This document shows, in pieces, positions 40,671 to 51,094 of a DNA stretch of 64,000 nucleotides. Both the position numbers and the translations under genes were made by a program. The notes beneath the pieces are model-generated. The model did not search any database and was not told the origin of the DNA. It was given only the letters and a program-made list of their open reading frames with translations. This stretch comes from Candidatus Eiseniibacteriota bacterium (lineage in GTDB: Bacteria; Eisenbacteria; RBG-16-71-46; JABDJR01), in assembly GCA_963783375.1 (NCBI GenBank), contig CAWANH010000029.1, positions 864,001 to 928,000 on the forward strand, written 5' to 3'. The stretch's first letter is position 1; every line of letters begins with the position of its first letter.

Positions 40671-42638
40671 TCAGGGGAGCCGGACGACCTTGAACGCCGC
40701 CTGCGCCCCGCCCCCGACCGCGCGGACGAAGTAGAGTCCGGCCGGGGCCGGAGACCCGTCCCCGTCGCGTCCGTCCCACCGCAGATCCACCGTCTCACCT
40801 TCCGCCTCTCCGTCGTAGAGCCGTCGCACCTCCCGTCCCCGCGCGTCCCATACCGTGACCCGGGCCGGACCGGCGGGCAGGGTCACCCGGAAGCTCAGCG
40901 CCTCGCGGAAGGGGTTCCGCTCGGGAAGCCCCAGGGTCAGGCGCGGAATGGAACCGGCGACCGACGCGCGGGCCAGCACCGTCGTCCTGCCCCCACGGTC
41001 CAGGCCCACCAGCCGGTACTCCGCCCGTCCCGCCGATGGTCCGGCGTCCAGGATCTTCCCACTCGCCGGAGGGAGCCATCCCTCGTTGACCGCGGCCGTC
41101 AGCCCATCGCGCTCCCGCTCCACGCGCACCCCGGACAGCTCGTCGCTCTCCGCCAGTTCCCAGCCGATCTCCACCCCGCCCGCCGCCTCGGTGGCGGTGA
41201 AGCTCACCACCCGGACCGGAACGTAGGTCGCGGCATCGACAATGAAGTCGACGTAGCCCGACGCCACCCCCAGGGCGGCGTTCCCTTCGGGGGCCCCGGC
41301 CAATAGCTCCGCCCGGGCGTCGAGGTCCGAGGCGCGGCCGTTGAAGGACCCGGCGAAGCGCACCGAAGCCCCGAAGCGATCGAACGCCTCGAAGCTCGGC
41401 ACCGGCGGCGCCGGCCCGAGCCGGAGATCGGCGGAGATGTTGGGACTCGACCCACCGTAGTAGATCCGCACCTGGCCGGCGCGGGAACCGGGGTCGTCCA
41501 CCCCCGGGGCTCCGGCCGCGAAGTCGGGAACACCGTCCCCGTTCATGTCGAAGCCGCCGTCCACCGCCACCCCCAGGCTGTCCCCCCCCGTGGTCCCGTT
41601 GGCCCACCAGGTGGAGAGGCTGTTCACGGTGAAGCCGCCGCGGAACAGGTAGATCGTCCCGGAGCCGAGGCCGGCGCTGTCCCGTCCCGGCGCCCCCACC
41701 AGGACGTCGTCGTAGCCGTCGCCGTTCTGGTCGCCGGCCCCGCTCACGTCCGCGCCGAAGCGGTCGGCTCCGGTTTGACCGGTGAGGGTCACCCGGGTCG
41801 GGGCGACAACGGTCGAGGCCTGGCCGAGCCAGATCACCGCGTGGCCGGGGTTCAGGTCCTCGAGCTGCGGCGCGCCGGCGATGAGGTCGTCGTAGCCGTC
41901 CTTGTTGACGTCGCCCGCGGGGTCCAGGGAGTATCCGAGGTCCCATTTGGCCTGATCCCCGTAGAAGGTAAAGCTGGAAACCAGGCCGGAGACGTTCCCC
42001 TTCCCGAGGAAGACCTTCACCTGGCCGGCCCGGAGCCCCGCGCCGTCCGGCCGGGTGTCGGTGATGGTGGGCGCGCCCACCGCGAAGTCGGCGTACCCGT
42101 CCTTGTTGAAGTTGAAGCCGCCGGCCAGCGAAGCCCCGAAGCGCGCCCCGGGCAGGTCGCCGGTCCAGGACTTGTCCGGTCCCGAGGGAAGGGAACTCGC
42201 CCCGAAGAAGAGATACACCTTCCCCGCCCCGACCCCGGCCTGATCGTTCCCCGGCGCTCCCACCAGAAAATCGTCGTAGCCGTCGCCGTCGACGTCTCCC
42301 GCGGTGGACACCGCGAACCCGAACTCGTCGCCGCTCACCGCGCCGTAGTAGACCGCGTCCGGCGTTTCCGGGAAGACACCGTAGCGACCGAGGAAGAGCT
42401 GGACCAAGCCGGCGTGGCCGGCGGGACCGTTGGCGTCGGGCGCTCCCACCAGAAAATCGTCGTAGCCGTCGTGGTTCACGTCCCCCGCCCAGGCCACCGC
42501 CCGGCCGTAGCGGTCCCCGTCCTGGTCCCCGCTCAGGACCTGGGCCCCGGCCGGAACCCAGCTCCCAAGAAGCAGCCCCAGGACCCCCAGGACGGCCCAG
42601 CGGACGCACGACCTCGCGGAGCTATTCATCTGGAACAT
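40671..42638 (-). CDS. Secreted FG-GAP (integrin-alpha-like) seven-repeat protein with C-terminal FlgD Ig-like domain
   Basis: Seven GDxNxDGYDDxxxGAP-type repeats; NPF...WDGRD...AGLYFVR tail. Confidence 0.9.
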   Translation of the reverse strand: MFQMNSSARSCVRWAVLGVLGLLLGSWVPAGAQVLSGDQDGDRYGRAVAWAGDVNHDGYDDFLVGAPDANGPAGHAGLVQLFLGRYGVFPETPDAVYYGAVSGDEFGFAVSTAGDVDGDGYDDFLVGAPGNDQAGVGAGKVYLFFGASSLPSGPDKSWTGDLPGARFGASLAGGFNFNKDGYADFAVGAPTITDTRPDGAGLRAGQVKVFLGKGNVSGLVSSFTFYGDQAKWDLGYSLDPAGDVNKDGYDDLIAGAPQLEDLNPGHAVIWLGQASTVVAPTRVTLTGQTGADRFGADVSGAGDQNGDGYDDVLVGAPGRDSAGLGSGTIYLFRGGFTVNSLSTWWANGTTGGDSLGVAVDGGFDMNGDGVPDFAAGAPGVDDPGSRAGQVRIYYGGSSPNISADLRLGPAPPVPSFEAFDRFGASVRFAGSFNGRASDLDARAELLAGAPEGNAALGVASGYVDFIVDAATYVPVRVVSFTATEAAGGVEIGWELAESDELSGVRVERERDGLTAAVNEGWLPPASGKILDAGPSAGRAEYRLVGLDRGGRTTVLARASVAGSIPRLTLGLPERNPFREALSFRVTLPAGPARVTVWDARGREVRRLYDGEAEGETVDLRWDGRDGDGSPAPAGLYFVRAVGGGAQAAFKVVRLP

Positions 42639-42736
42639 GAGATCCTCTCCATAATCCTTTACGGGTGTGTTGACTATGCCGAATGTGAATCCGGGAGTCC
42701 CACACGCCCTCTCCTCGGGTGGACGCCACCCGTTGG

Positions 42737-44842
42737 TTATCGGTCCCCGGGCCCGGGGTCTGAGCCCCCGGGCTCACCGGCTTCCGGCCCGGTCTCCTTT
42801 TCCCCCAGGCTCCCGGCGAGGGCCTCCAGGCTCTCGAGCGGCCGTCCACAGGCCCGCTCGCGGCAGACGTAGGCCCGCGCTCCGCGCTCCGGCGGGGTCA
42901 TCTCCGCCGTGAAGGGGAGGAGCGCGACCAGGGGATCCCGGCCCGGCCGGCGACGGGCGGAGACCACCCGGGGAAGATAGCGCCGGGCCAGGTGCTCGAC
43001 CATGTCCCGGGTCACCGGATCCTCGTCCGCCCCCGCCACCACGACCTCGTGCGGGGCGCCGAGCAGGAAGTCCAGGGCGGCCAGGGACTCGGGGTAGGCG
43101 GTGGGCATGGCGCGAAGCGCCCCTCCGAAGGCGGTGAGCGCGCGCTCCCCCGCCCGCCGGAGTTCCCCGTCTCCGGCCAGGTTCCCGAGCCTGAGGCACA
43201 CCCCCGCGGCCACCCCGTTTCCGGAGGGATGGGCGCCGTCGTAGAGGGGCTTGTCCCGGGTGAGGAGCGCCTCGTGCTCCGGCGAGGTGAAGAAGAACCC
43301 GCCGCGCTCGCCGTCCTCGAACCGGCGCACCATCTCCCGGGCGATCTCCAGGGCGGCCCGGAGGCGCGCCGGATCGAACCCGGCCTGATACAGGTCGAAG
43401 AGGCCCCGGGCCAGGAACGCGTAATCGTCCAGGAAGCCGGGGATGTCGGCCGAGCCGTCGCGATAGCGGTGAAGGAGCCCGCGCTCGTCCCGGAGCGCGG
43501 TGAGGGCGAAGTCCGAGGCCTCGGAGGCGGCGCGAAGGAGGTCGGGAGCGTCGAGGACGCGAGCCCCCCGAGCGAGGGCCGAGATCATGAGGCCGTTCCA
43601 GTCGGTGAGCACCTTGTCGTCCAGCCCGGGGCGCACCCGATCGGCCCGCGCGCGGAAGAGCCGCTCCCGGGCCGCGGCGAGCCGCATCGCCACCGCGCCC
43701 GCGTCCGCGGAGAACCGCGCGGCCAGCGCGTCGTCCCCGGCCACCCGGGAGAGCACGGTGGCCCCGCCCTCGAAGTTCCCCCGCAGGGTGACCCCGTAGG
43801 CCGCGGAGAAGAGCGCGGCCTCCTCCGCCCCCAGCGTGTCCAGGATCTGGTCCGGAGTCCAGACGTAGAACCGTCCCTCCTCCCCCTCGCTGTCCGCATC
43901 CTCGGCGGAGTGGAACCCGCCCCGCGGGTCCCGGAGGTCCCGGAGCGCATAGTCGAAGATCTCCCGGGCCACCCCGGCGTGGCGCTCATGCCCGGTGGCC
44001 TGGTAGGCCTCCAGATAGGCCCCGGCCAGAAGGGCCTGGTCGTAGAGCATCTTCTCGAAATGGGGAACCAGCCAGGTGCGGTCGGTGGAGTAGCGCGCGA
44101 ACCCGCCCCCCAGGTGGTCGCGAATTCCCCCCGAGGCCATCGCGTCCAGGGTGCCCTCGACCATCTCCAGGAGGTCGCGCTCCCCGGTCCGGTCGGAGCG
44201 GCGAAGCAGGAACGTCAAAACGTGGGGGCGCGGGAACTTGGGGGCGGCGCCGAATCCTCCTTCGAGGGAATCGTACTCCCGCCGGTAGCCGTCGGCGGCG
44301 GCCCGGAGCGCCTCCTCCCCCGGCTCCGCGGGCTCCCCCTCCCGGCGCTCGCGGACGAAGGCGGCCACCGTTTCCGCCGAGGCGTCCACCTGGTCCCGGG
44401 CGGTGGTCCAGGCTTGGTGGAGCTGTTCGAGGAGCCGCGCGAGCCCCGGCCGCCCGAAGCGATCCTCGGGGGGGAAGTAGGTCCCCCCGAAGAACGGCTT
44501 TCCCTCCGGGGTGAGGATCGCGGTCAGGGGCCATCCCCCGCTTCCGGTGAGCCCCTGCACCGCGGTCATGTACTGGGCGTCGACGTCGGGGCGCTCCTCG
44601 CGGTCCACCTTGACCGGCACGAAGTGGGCGTTCAGGTACGCCGCGATGGCCTTGTTCTCGAAGGACTCGTGGGCCATGACGTGGCACCAGTGACAGGTGC
44701 TGTAGCCGATGGAGAGAAACACCGGCTTCCCCTCGCGGCGGGCCGTCTCGAAGGCCTCCGGGCCCCAGGGACGCCAGTCCACCGGGTTCTCCGCGTGCTG
44801 GAGGAGATAGGGGCTCTTCTCGCCGGCCAGATGGTTGGGCAT
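42737..44842 (-). CDS. YyaL/SPATA20 family thioredoxin-domain protein (DUF255)
   Basis: [38 protein letters not shown]. Confidence 0.95.
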   Translation of the reverse strand: MPNHLAGEKSPYLLQHAENPVDWRPWGPEAFETARREGKPVFLSIGYSTCHWCHVMAHESFENKAIAAYLNAHFVPVKVDREERPDVDAQYMTAVQGLTGSGGWPLTAILTPEGKPFFGGTYFPPEDRFGRPGLARLLEQLHQAWTTARDQVDASAETVAAFVRERREGEPAEPGEEALRAAADGYRREYDSLEGGFGAAPKFPRPHVLTFLLRRSDRTGERDLLEMVEGTLDAMASGGIRDHLGGGFARYSTDRTWLVPHFEKMLYDQALLAGAYLEAYQATGHERHAGVAREIFDYALRDLRDPRGGFHSAEDADSEGEEGRFYVWTPDQILDTLGAEEAALFSAAYGVTLRGNFEGGATVLSRVAGDDALAARFSADAGAVAMRLAAARERLFRARADRVRPGLDDKVLTDWNGLMISALARGARVLDAPDLLRAASEASDFALTALRDERGLLHRYRDGSADIPGFLDDYAFLARGLFDLYQAGFDPARLRAALEIAREMVRRFEDGERGGFFFTSPEHEALLTRDKPLYDGAHPSGNGVAAGVCLRLGNLAGDGELRRAGERALTAFGGALRAMPTAYPESLAALDFLLGAPHEVVVAGADEDPVTRDMVEHLARRYLPRVVSARRRPGRDPLVALLPFTAEMTPPERGARAYVCRERACGRPLESLEALAGSLGEKETGPEAGEPGGSDPGPGDR

Positions 44843-44958
44843 GGGATCTCCTTCTGCGGACGTTCGCGGGCACGCGGAATCGAGGGTACAGGATGGCGCG
44901 AAGCGCGACGAGGTCCCCGGCTGGCCGGGGGGCGCGCGGTGGGGTACTGTTTCGGGCC

Positions 44959-45702
44959 GTGATCCATCTCGACCCGGTTCGCTTCGTGCTCGTCCGCCCC
45001 GAGGAAGCCGGCAACGTCGGCGCGGCGGCGCGGGTGCTCAAGAACTTCGGTCTCGGCCACCTGGTCCTGGTCTCCCCGCGCCTGGCCCGCCGGGCCGAGG
45101 CGGTGAAGTGGGCGCGCGGGGCGGAGGACGTGCTGGAGGGGGCGGACGTGGTGGACGATCTCGCCCAGGCGATCGAGCCCTGCGTTCGGGCCTGGGCGAC
45201 CACCCGCCGGCGCGGAAGGCTCCGCGGCAGCTACCTGGGGGCGCGTGACGCGGCGGGGGAAGCGGCGGCCCTGGCCCGCTCGGCCCAGCCGTCGGCCTGG
45301 GTCTTCGGTCCGGAATCCCGAGGCCTCACCACCGGCGAAGTGGCCCTCTGCTCGGGGCGGGTCACCATCCCCACCTCCCCCGCCCAGCCTTCGCTCAACC
45401 TGGCCCAGGCGGTGGCGGTCTGCGCCTACGAGACCTGGATGGCCGCGCGCGAGGACGCTCCGGCGGCGCCTCGACGGGAGGTCCCCCTGGCCGATCGGGA
45501 GGCGCTCTACCGGCACCTGGAATCCGCGCTTCTTTCGGTGGGCTTTCTCCAACCTCACACCGCGGCCAGTCGGATGGCCGTGCTCCGCCGGCTCCTGGAA
45601 CGGGCATCGCTCGCCCCCGCCGAGGTTCGATTCCTCCGGGGACTGGCGCGACAGGTCGGCTGGGCCGGAGCGCGCGCAGGCGAGGACCCGGAGGGGCGCT
45701 GA
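44959..45702 (+). CDS. trmJ: SPOUT tRNA methyltransferase, TrmJ family
   Basis: [31 protein letters not shown]. Confidence 0.85.
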   Translation: MIHLDPVRFVLVRPEEAGNVGAAARVLKNFGLGHLVLVSPRLARRAEAVKWARGAEDVLEGADVVDDLAQAIEPCVRAWATTRRRGRLRGSYLGARDAAGEAAALARSAQPSAWVFGPESRGLTTGEVALCSGRVTIPTSPAQPSLNLAQAVAVCAYETWMAAREDAPAAPRREVPLADREALYRHLESALLSVGFLQPHTAASRMAVLRRLLERASLAPAEVRFLRGLARQVGWAGARAGEDPEGR

Positions 45703-45722
45703 TCGGGGCGGCGAGGCCTCGA

Positions 45723-46592
45723 TCAGGCGGCGCGGCGGGAGTCGTCGGCGGGCGACGGGGGCGCCGAGCGCAGGCGCCGCCGGATCCGCCCCACCAGGCG
45801 CAGGACCCGTTCCCCATCCCGTGCCTTGGCGGCCACGATGCCGGCGTGCTCCGCGAAGAGGCACAGCACCCGGAGTTCGTCTTCGACGAAGGTCACCGCG
45901 GGGTTTCCGGTGCTGACGCTCAGAACCCCGACCACCCGCTCCCGCACGACCACCGGAGCCACCATGGACGAGTGGATGCGGCGGCGCTTGGGCTGGAAGG
46001 CGGGGAATCTCCGGGTATCCACCTCATCCCCGAGGATGAGCGGGGTGCGGTTCATGGCCACCGTACCGGCCACGCTCTCTCCCAGGCGCACCCGGGCGTT
46101 CCGGATCAGGGCCACGTCCTGGTGTCCCGAGAACGCGGTCACCACCAGTTCGCCGCTGGCCCGGTCCAGCATCATGAGGCTGGCCTCTTCGCAGTCGAAA
46201 CAGTCGAGGCAGGAATCGACGATCACCTGCCCCAGTTCGGCAACCGAGGTCTTGGAACTCACGGCCCGGGTCACGTTGAGGAGCGAGACCAGGTAATCCA
46301 GCGGGGGGCGGACCGGACGCTCGACCAACCCGGGGCGTCGATGAGGGCCTTCCGCCCGGCGACGACGCCAGACGAGGAGCTCCAGCCCCTTGAGCCCCAG
46401 AGCGGCCGATCCCACTCCCAGAACCCAGGACCCGGACCCCACGCCCCAGGTGAGCATGCCCAGGAGAACGACCAGGGAGAGTCCGGACCCCCATTCAAGG
46501 GCCATCAGGCTCCGATCCCCCGAGCGGGAGTACCGCCGGGAGACGGCTTCTGGGTTGGCGGGCTTTGTTGCGGCCATGGTGTCTGGTCCCAT
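45723..46592 (-). CDS. Two-TM protein with a single GAF domain
   Basis: Two hydrophobic segments; ASLMMLD, LGESVAGTVA, SMVAPV, VVGVL, F...E...L. Confidence 0.75.
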   Translation of the reverse strand: MGPDTMAATKPANPEAVSRRYSRSGDRSLMALEWGSGLSLVVLLGMLTWGVGSGSWVLGVGSAALGLKGLELLVWRRRRAEGPHRRPGLVERPVRPPLDYLVSLLNVTRAVSSKTSVAELGQVIVDSCLDCFDCEEASLMMLDRASGELVVTAFSGHQDVALIRNARVRLGESVAGTVAMNRTPLILGDEVDTRRFPAFQPKRRRIHSSMVAPVVVRERVVGVLSVSTGNPAVTFVEDELRVLCLFAEHAGIVAAKARDGERVLRLVGRIRRRLRSAPPSPADDSRRAA

Positions 46593-46752
46593 TTATCGGC
46601 TCCGGGGGCCCCGGATTGAGCCCATTCCCCCTCGATCACGCCTTTTGCCCCCCACGCGAACCATGTATCATCTCGCGGCCCAATTTCGCGGAGGGATGCC
46701 GGCTCCGCCGCCCGGCGTCCGGCCCCTCCACCCAGGAAGGAGTCCTCCGCCC

Positions 46753-47529
46753 GTGCCCATCCGCGCCCTCGATTCCCGGTCCCGCCGGTTCATGGCCGAG
46801 GTCCAGGAGTTCGCGCGGCTCCTGGGCGCGGGATGGGTCGGGAGCCGGGACGCCTGGCACTATCGCCGGCAGATCATGGAATCCATCATGGCCTTCGGGG
46901 TGTCGGCGATTCCCCTGGTGGTCCTGGCCGCGCTCTTCATCGGGTTGGTGCTGGCCCTGGAGTGGGGCACCAAGCTCGAGCCCTTCGGGGCCAAGTTCCT
47001 GATGGGCCGCATCGTTTCGGTGGGAGTGATCCGGGAGATCGGCCCGGTGGTGACCGGGCTCATGGTGGCGGGACGGACCGGGGCCAAGATGGCCGCGGAG
47101 ATCGGCTCCATGCAGGTCACCGAGCAGATCAACGCGCTCCGCGCCCTGGGGGTGGAGCCGGTGCCCCGGCTGGTCATGCCCCGCCAGATCGCCAGCATGA
47201 TCACCATGCTCCCCCTCACCATGATCGGCGACGTGGTGGCGATCCTGGGGGGGTACTACGTGGCCGTGACCTGGCTCAACATCTCGGCGCATTCCTTCTG
47301 GGAGGGGGCGCTCAAGAGCCTGACCTTCAAGGATCTCGCGGTGGGATTCCTGAAGCCGGTCTTCTTCGGGTACATCATCGCCTCCGTCAGCGCCTACTAC
47401 GGGATGGCCACCCGGGGCGGGGCGAGCGGGGTGGGCGAAAACGCCACCCGCGCGGTGATGTACAGTTCCCTGAGCGTACTGGTCACCGACTTCATCCTGG
47501 GCAAGCTCATTCTGGCCATCTTCGGGTAG
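46753..47529 (+). CDS. mlaE: ABC transporter permease MlaE
   Basis: REIGPVVTGLMVAGRTG, AEIGSMQVTEQINAL; AAGGAG RBS before GTG. Confidence 0.93.
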   Translation: MPIRALDSRSRRFMAEVQEFARLLGAGWVGSRDAWHYRRQIMESIMAFGVSAIPLVVLAALFIGLVLALEWGTKLEPFGAKFLMGRIVSVGVIREIGPVVTGLMVAGRTGAKMAAEIGSMQVTEQINALRALGVEPVPRLVMPRQIASMITMLPLTMIGDVVAILGGYYVAVTWLNISAHSFWEGALKSLTFKDLAVGFLKPVFFGYIIASVSAYYGMATRGGASGVGENATRAVMYSSLSVLVTDFILGKLILAIFG

Positions 47530-47534
47530 GAAAC

Positions 47535-48326
47535 ATGCACGTGCGGACGGAAGGACAATGCGAGGCGCCGAAATCGACCGGGGCGCCCCCCCAGGTGATT
47601 CTGGAACTGGACGGCGTCAGCCTGCAGTTCGACGACGAGCCGGTGCTGACGGATTTGAGCCTCCGCATCCGTCGCGGGGAGACCCGGGTGATCCTGGGCC
47701 CGAGCGGGGCCGGTAAGAGCACGATCCTGAAGTTGGCCCTGGGCCTCATCCGCCCCGACCAGGGCCGGGTACGGGCGTTCGGCACCGACATCACCGACCT
47801 CCCCGACCGCGATCTCCGGACCCTGCGCCACCGCATGGGTATGGTCTTCCAGGGAGGCGCGCTCTTCGACTCCCTGAGCGTGGCCGAGAACGTCGGGTTC
47901 TGCATGATGGAGAACCACAACCTGTCCCTGGAAGAGACCGCGCCGGTGGTCCGGGAGCGGCTCGCCTACGTGGGGCTGGAGGACGCCTTCGATCTCATGC
48001 CGTCCGAGCTCTCGGGAGGAATGACCAAGCGGGTGGCGGTGGCACGCGCCACGGTCTGCCACCCGGAGCTCATGCTCTACGACGAGCCGACCTCGGGCCT
48101 GGACCCGATCTCCACCCGGCGGCTCAACAACCTCATCAATCGTCTCCGCGACGATCTTCACGTGACGTCGGTGGTCGTGACCCATATCCTGAGGGACGCC
48201 CGGGCGGTGGGCGACAGCATCACCATGATCCACGAGGGGCGGGTCATCTTCGACGGCGGCGTCGACGAGATCGACCGGTGCCCCGATCCCCTCGTCCAGG
48301 ACTTCATTTCCGAGAGAGGACTCTGA
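47535..48326 (+). CDS. mlaF: ABC transporter ATP-binding protein MlaF
   Basis: GPSGAGKS, FQGGALFDS, LSGGM, YDEPTSGLDP. Confidence 0.92.
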   Translation: MHVRTEGQCEAPKSTGAPPQVILELDGVSLQFDDEPVLTDLSLRIRRGETRVILGPSGAGKSTILKLALGLIRPDQGRVRAFGTDITDLPDRDLRTLRHRMGMVFQGGALFDSLSVAENVGFCMMENHNLSLEETAPVVRERLAYVGLEDAFDLMPSELSGGMTKRVAVARATVCHPELMLYDEPTSGLDPISTRRLNNLINRLRDDLHVTSVVVTHILRDARAVGDSITMIHEGRVIFDGGVDEIDRCPDPLVQDFISERGL

Positions 48327-48332
48327 CCGGCC

Positions 48333-49295
48333 ATGAACCAACGCCAGCCGCCGGGGTGGCGCACCCTCCGGGTGGGGATCTTCTTCCTTCTCTCCACCGT
48401 CATCCTCCTCGGGTTTCTCTTCGTGGTGGGCACCAACCAGCACCTGTTCACCCGGCATTACGATCTGGTGCTCGAGCTCAGCAACACCCAGGGCCTGGCC
48501 AAGGGGGCCCGGGTGGCGCTGTCCGGCCTGGAGGTGGGGCGGGTCAGCGACATCCGTTTCGTGGACCTCGACACCACGAGGGCGCTCCAGGTGACCATGG
48601 CCATCGAACGCTCCCAGCGGAATCGCATCAACGCCACCTCGGTGGCCACCATCCGCACGGTGGGGATCCTGGGGGACAAGTTCATCGACATCAGCCTGGG
48701 GGACCCGGACTTGCCGCCGCTCCCCGATGGCTCGCCCCTGCCCGTGCGGGGCGAAATCGACTGGACCGAGACCTTCACGCGGGCCACCGACGCCATCGAC
48801 GACTTCACCGCCTTCCTCCGGAAAGCCGGCACCGCCCTGGACTCGGTGAACGCGGGCCGGGGGAGCCTGGGGCTGCTCGTGAACGACCAGCCCACCGCCG
48901 AACGGTTGCGTCAGGCCACCGCCGATCTCGCCGCGGTGACCCGCTCCCTGCGATCCGGGGACGGCACCGCGGCCCACCTCCTCGCCGATCCCGGAACCTT
49001 CCGGAAGCTCGACGGGATCCTCACCCGGCTGGATCGGCTCACCGCCGAGGCCGACTCCGGGAACGGGGCCCTGGCCCGCGTCCTCTCCGATGAGGACCTC
49101 GGAGACCGGCTGGCCGGCCTGATTGCCGGCTCGGACAGCCTGATCACCGCCATCCGCAGCCGGGGGACGACGGGACGGCTGATCGAGGACGCCGAGCTCT
49201 ATGAGGAGATGACCGGGACCCTGACCGAGCTTCGGACCCTTCTCGAAGACATGAAGAAGAACCCCCGGAAGTACCTCAAAGTCTCTGTATTCTAA
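48333..49295 (+). CDS. mlaD: MCE/MlaD family protein with long helical extension
   Basis: N-terminal TM, GLAKGARV..SGLEVG, GILGDKFIDI, NPRKY. Confidence 0.88.
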   Translation: MNQRQPPGWRTLRVGIFFLLSTVILLGFLFVVGTNQHLFTRHYDLVLELSNTQGLAKGARVALSGLEVGRVSDIRFVDLDTTRALQVTMAIERSQRNRINATSVATIRTVGILGDKFIDISLGDPDLPPLPDGSPLPVRGEIDWTETFTRATDAIDDFTAFLRKAGTALDSVNAGRGSLGLLVNDQPTAERLRQATADLAAVTRSLRSGDGTAAHLLADPGTFRKLDGILTRLDRLTAEADSGNGALARVLSDEDLGDRLAGLIAGSDSLITAIRSRGTTGRLIEDAELYEEMTGTLTELRTLLEDMKKNPRKYLKVSVF

Positions 49296-49439
49296 TCAGT
49301 TCCAGCCTGCACTTCGCCTCGATCCTCAATAGCTTTTCGTTCGGCCTGCCCGGTTCCGTCTCAAGGCGGCTCCACGCCTCATCGATAACAGGGCAACCGG
49401 CGGGACTCCCTCGCCGGCGGGAGCACCGAAAGGAAGGCC

Positions 49440-49862
49440 ATGCAGAACCGAGCCCGCCGCCGCCAGGCCGCCGTCCAGTCTCCCGGATCCGGGACGGCCT
49501 GGACCGTGCTCGGTCCGGGCTGCCTGATCCAGGGGGACCTCATCCTCTCCGGGGACGTGATCATCCACGGGCGGGTGGAAGGCGCCGTCTTCACCGACGG
49601 CGAGGTGCGGGTCGCCGCCCTCGGTTCGGTGGAGGGCGGGGTACACGCTCCCCGGGTGGTGGTCGAAGGAACCTGCCGCGGTCGGGTGGAGGGAAGCGAG
49701 GAGGTGATCCTTGCCGCCGGCTCCATGGTCCACGCGGACGTCGAGGCGGCGGTTCTCACCATCGAGGAGGGGGCCCGGTTCTTCGGACTCCATCGGGTAG
49801 GGGGTCCCCCGGAGGGGCCCCGGATCCTTCCCTACGAGAACCGCGACCCCGGCCACGCCTGA
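49440..49862 (+). CDS. Bactofilin (polymer-forming cytoskeletal protein)
   Basis: IQGDL..SGDVIIHGRVEG, IEEGARFFG. Confidence 0.9.
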   Translation: MQNRARRRQAAVQSPGSGTAWTVLGPGCLIQGDLILSGDVIIHGRVEGAVFTDGEVRVAALGSVEGGVHAPRVVVEGTCRGRVEGSEEVILAAGSMVHADVEAAVLTIEEGARFFGLHRVGGPPEGPRILPYENRDPGHA

Positions 49863-49991
49863 TCCCCCCGCGATAACCTCAATCCGTTTCAGTGCGCTTG
49901 GAGAACCCGGTGGTTCCCTGTATCCTCTGCGCGGCCGTCGCCGGTGGAAAACCGTTCCTCCGGAGGGAGGCGGCCCACCCGGAGGAAAGCG

Positions 49992-50327
49992 GTGGCATTG
50001 AAGCGCGTTCCCATCCCCACGGGGCTCGATATCGACGACGACGGCGCGACGGTGGCCGTGATCTGGCCGGGCAACCGCATCGACCGGCTGGCCGCCTTCG
50101 AACTCCGCGCGGTCTGCCCCTGCGCCCGATGTGTGGACGAGATCACCGGAAAGCGGACGCTCAAATTGGTGGACGTCGATCCCGACGTCCGGGCGGTGGC
50201 GGTGGGGCGGGTCGGTCGTTACGCCCTGCAGATCCGCTGGAGCGATGGGCACGACACCGGGATCTACACCTACGAGGACCTCTTCGAGGGGAAGCTCCGC
50301 CGGGACGAGGCGGGGAGCGACGGGTAG
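49992..50327 (+). CDS. DUF971 family protein
   Basis: LRAVCPCARC, GRYAL..WSDGHDTGIYTY; GGAGG RBS. Confidence 0.88.
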   Translation: MALKRVPIPTGLDIDDDGATVAVIWPGNRIDRLAAFELRAVCPCARCVDEITGKRTLKLVDVDPDVRAVAVGRVGRYALQIRWSDGHDTGIYTYEDLFEGKLRRDEAGSDG

Positions 50328-50418
50328 GCCATCCGCCGGACGGATCCGGCGCGCGGACGGCGGCGGACCGCCGGTGCGGGAACACTTCTGAGGCTTGGGA
50401 AAGGACGTGGAGGGGACC

Positions 50419-51027
50419 ATGACGGGAATCGCTTCACCGAAGACTGAGATGCGGGAAGGCGCTTCGGGAACCGGGGAGCATCCGGACTGGAGCGGCCGGG
50501 CAGCGGCGACGTGGCTCAGCGAACTGGCGAACGGCGGGGTACTCCCCGGCGGCCGGGCGCTGGTGCCGTCGGCGGAGATGATCGATGAGGCGGTGGCCCT
50601 GGCCCGTGCCGGCTACCGGGTCCAGATGGTCGATCCCTCCGGTGACGCCCTGAGCCGGGCCAAGCAGACGGCCCGGGCCGCGAAGGTCGGCATCGACACC
50701 ATCCAGGGGAATTTCTTCCGGGTCAGCACGCCGCTCTACGGCACCGTGAACCTGGTGGCCGACCGCACGCTCTTCCCCACCCTGGGGCCGATCAGCCGCC
50801 CGGACTGGGTCTTCCTCCTGGCTCGCCTCCTTCCCCGGGACGGGAAGCTCGCCGCGCTTTTCCGCGTGGCCCAGGGAGGGCCGGGTCCGGCTTCTCCCTA
50901 CCTCATCACCGAGAAGGAGATCCGAGGGCTTCTGGAGCGCAATTTCTTCGTCGAGCAGCTCCAGCCGTCCGGGCCCTCGGCTCCGGGAGCGGTGCAGATC
51001 TGGCGGGGCATCTTCCGCCGGAAGTAG
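50419..51027 (+). CDS. Thiopurine/halide methyltransferase-like protein with degenerate SAM-binding motif I
   Basis: GRALVP, LARAGYRV, QGNFF, DRTLF..L.P..R..W, SPY. Confidence 0.6.
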   Translation: MTGIASPKTEMREGASGTGEHPDWSGRAAATWLSELANGGVLPGGRALVPSAEMIDEAVALARAGYRVQMVDPSGDALSRAKQTARAAKVGIDTIQGNFFRVSTPLYGTVNLVADRTLFPTLGPISRPDWVFLLARLLPRDGKLAALFRVAQGGPGPASPYLITEKEIRGLLERNFFVEQLQPSGPSAPGAVQIWRGIFRRK

Positions 51028-51094
51028 CTCCGCGCGGCCGTCACGCGCCCGGTCGCCTCGATTCCCCCCGGACGGGGCGGATTCGGCCCATCCC

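Noticed and set aside
41280-42530. Repeated DNA segments resembling a CRISPR array
   Set aside because: They encode FG-GAP protein repeats and are degenerate with long in-frame spacing.
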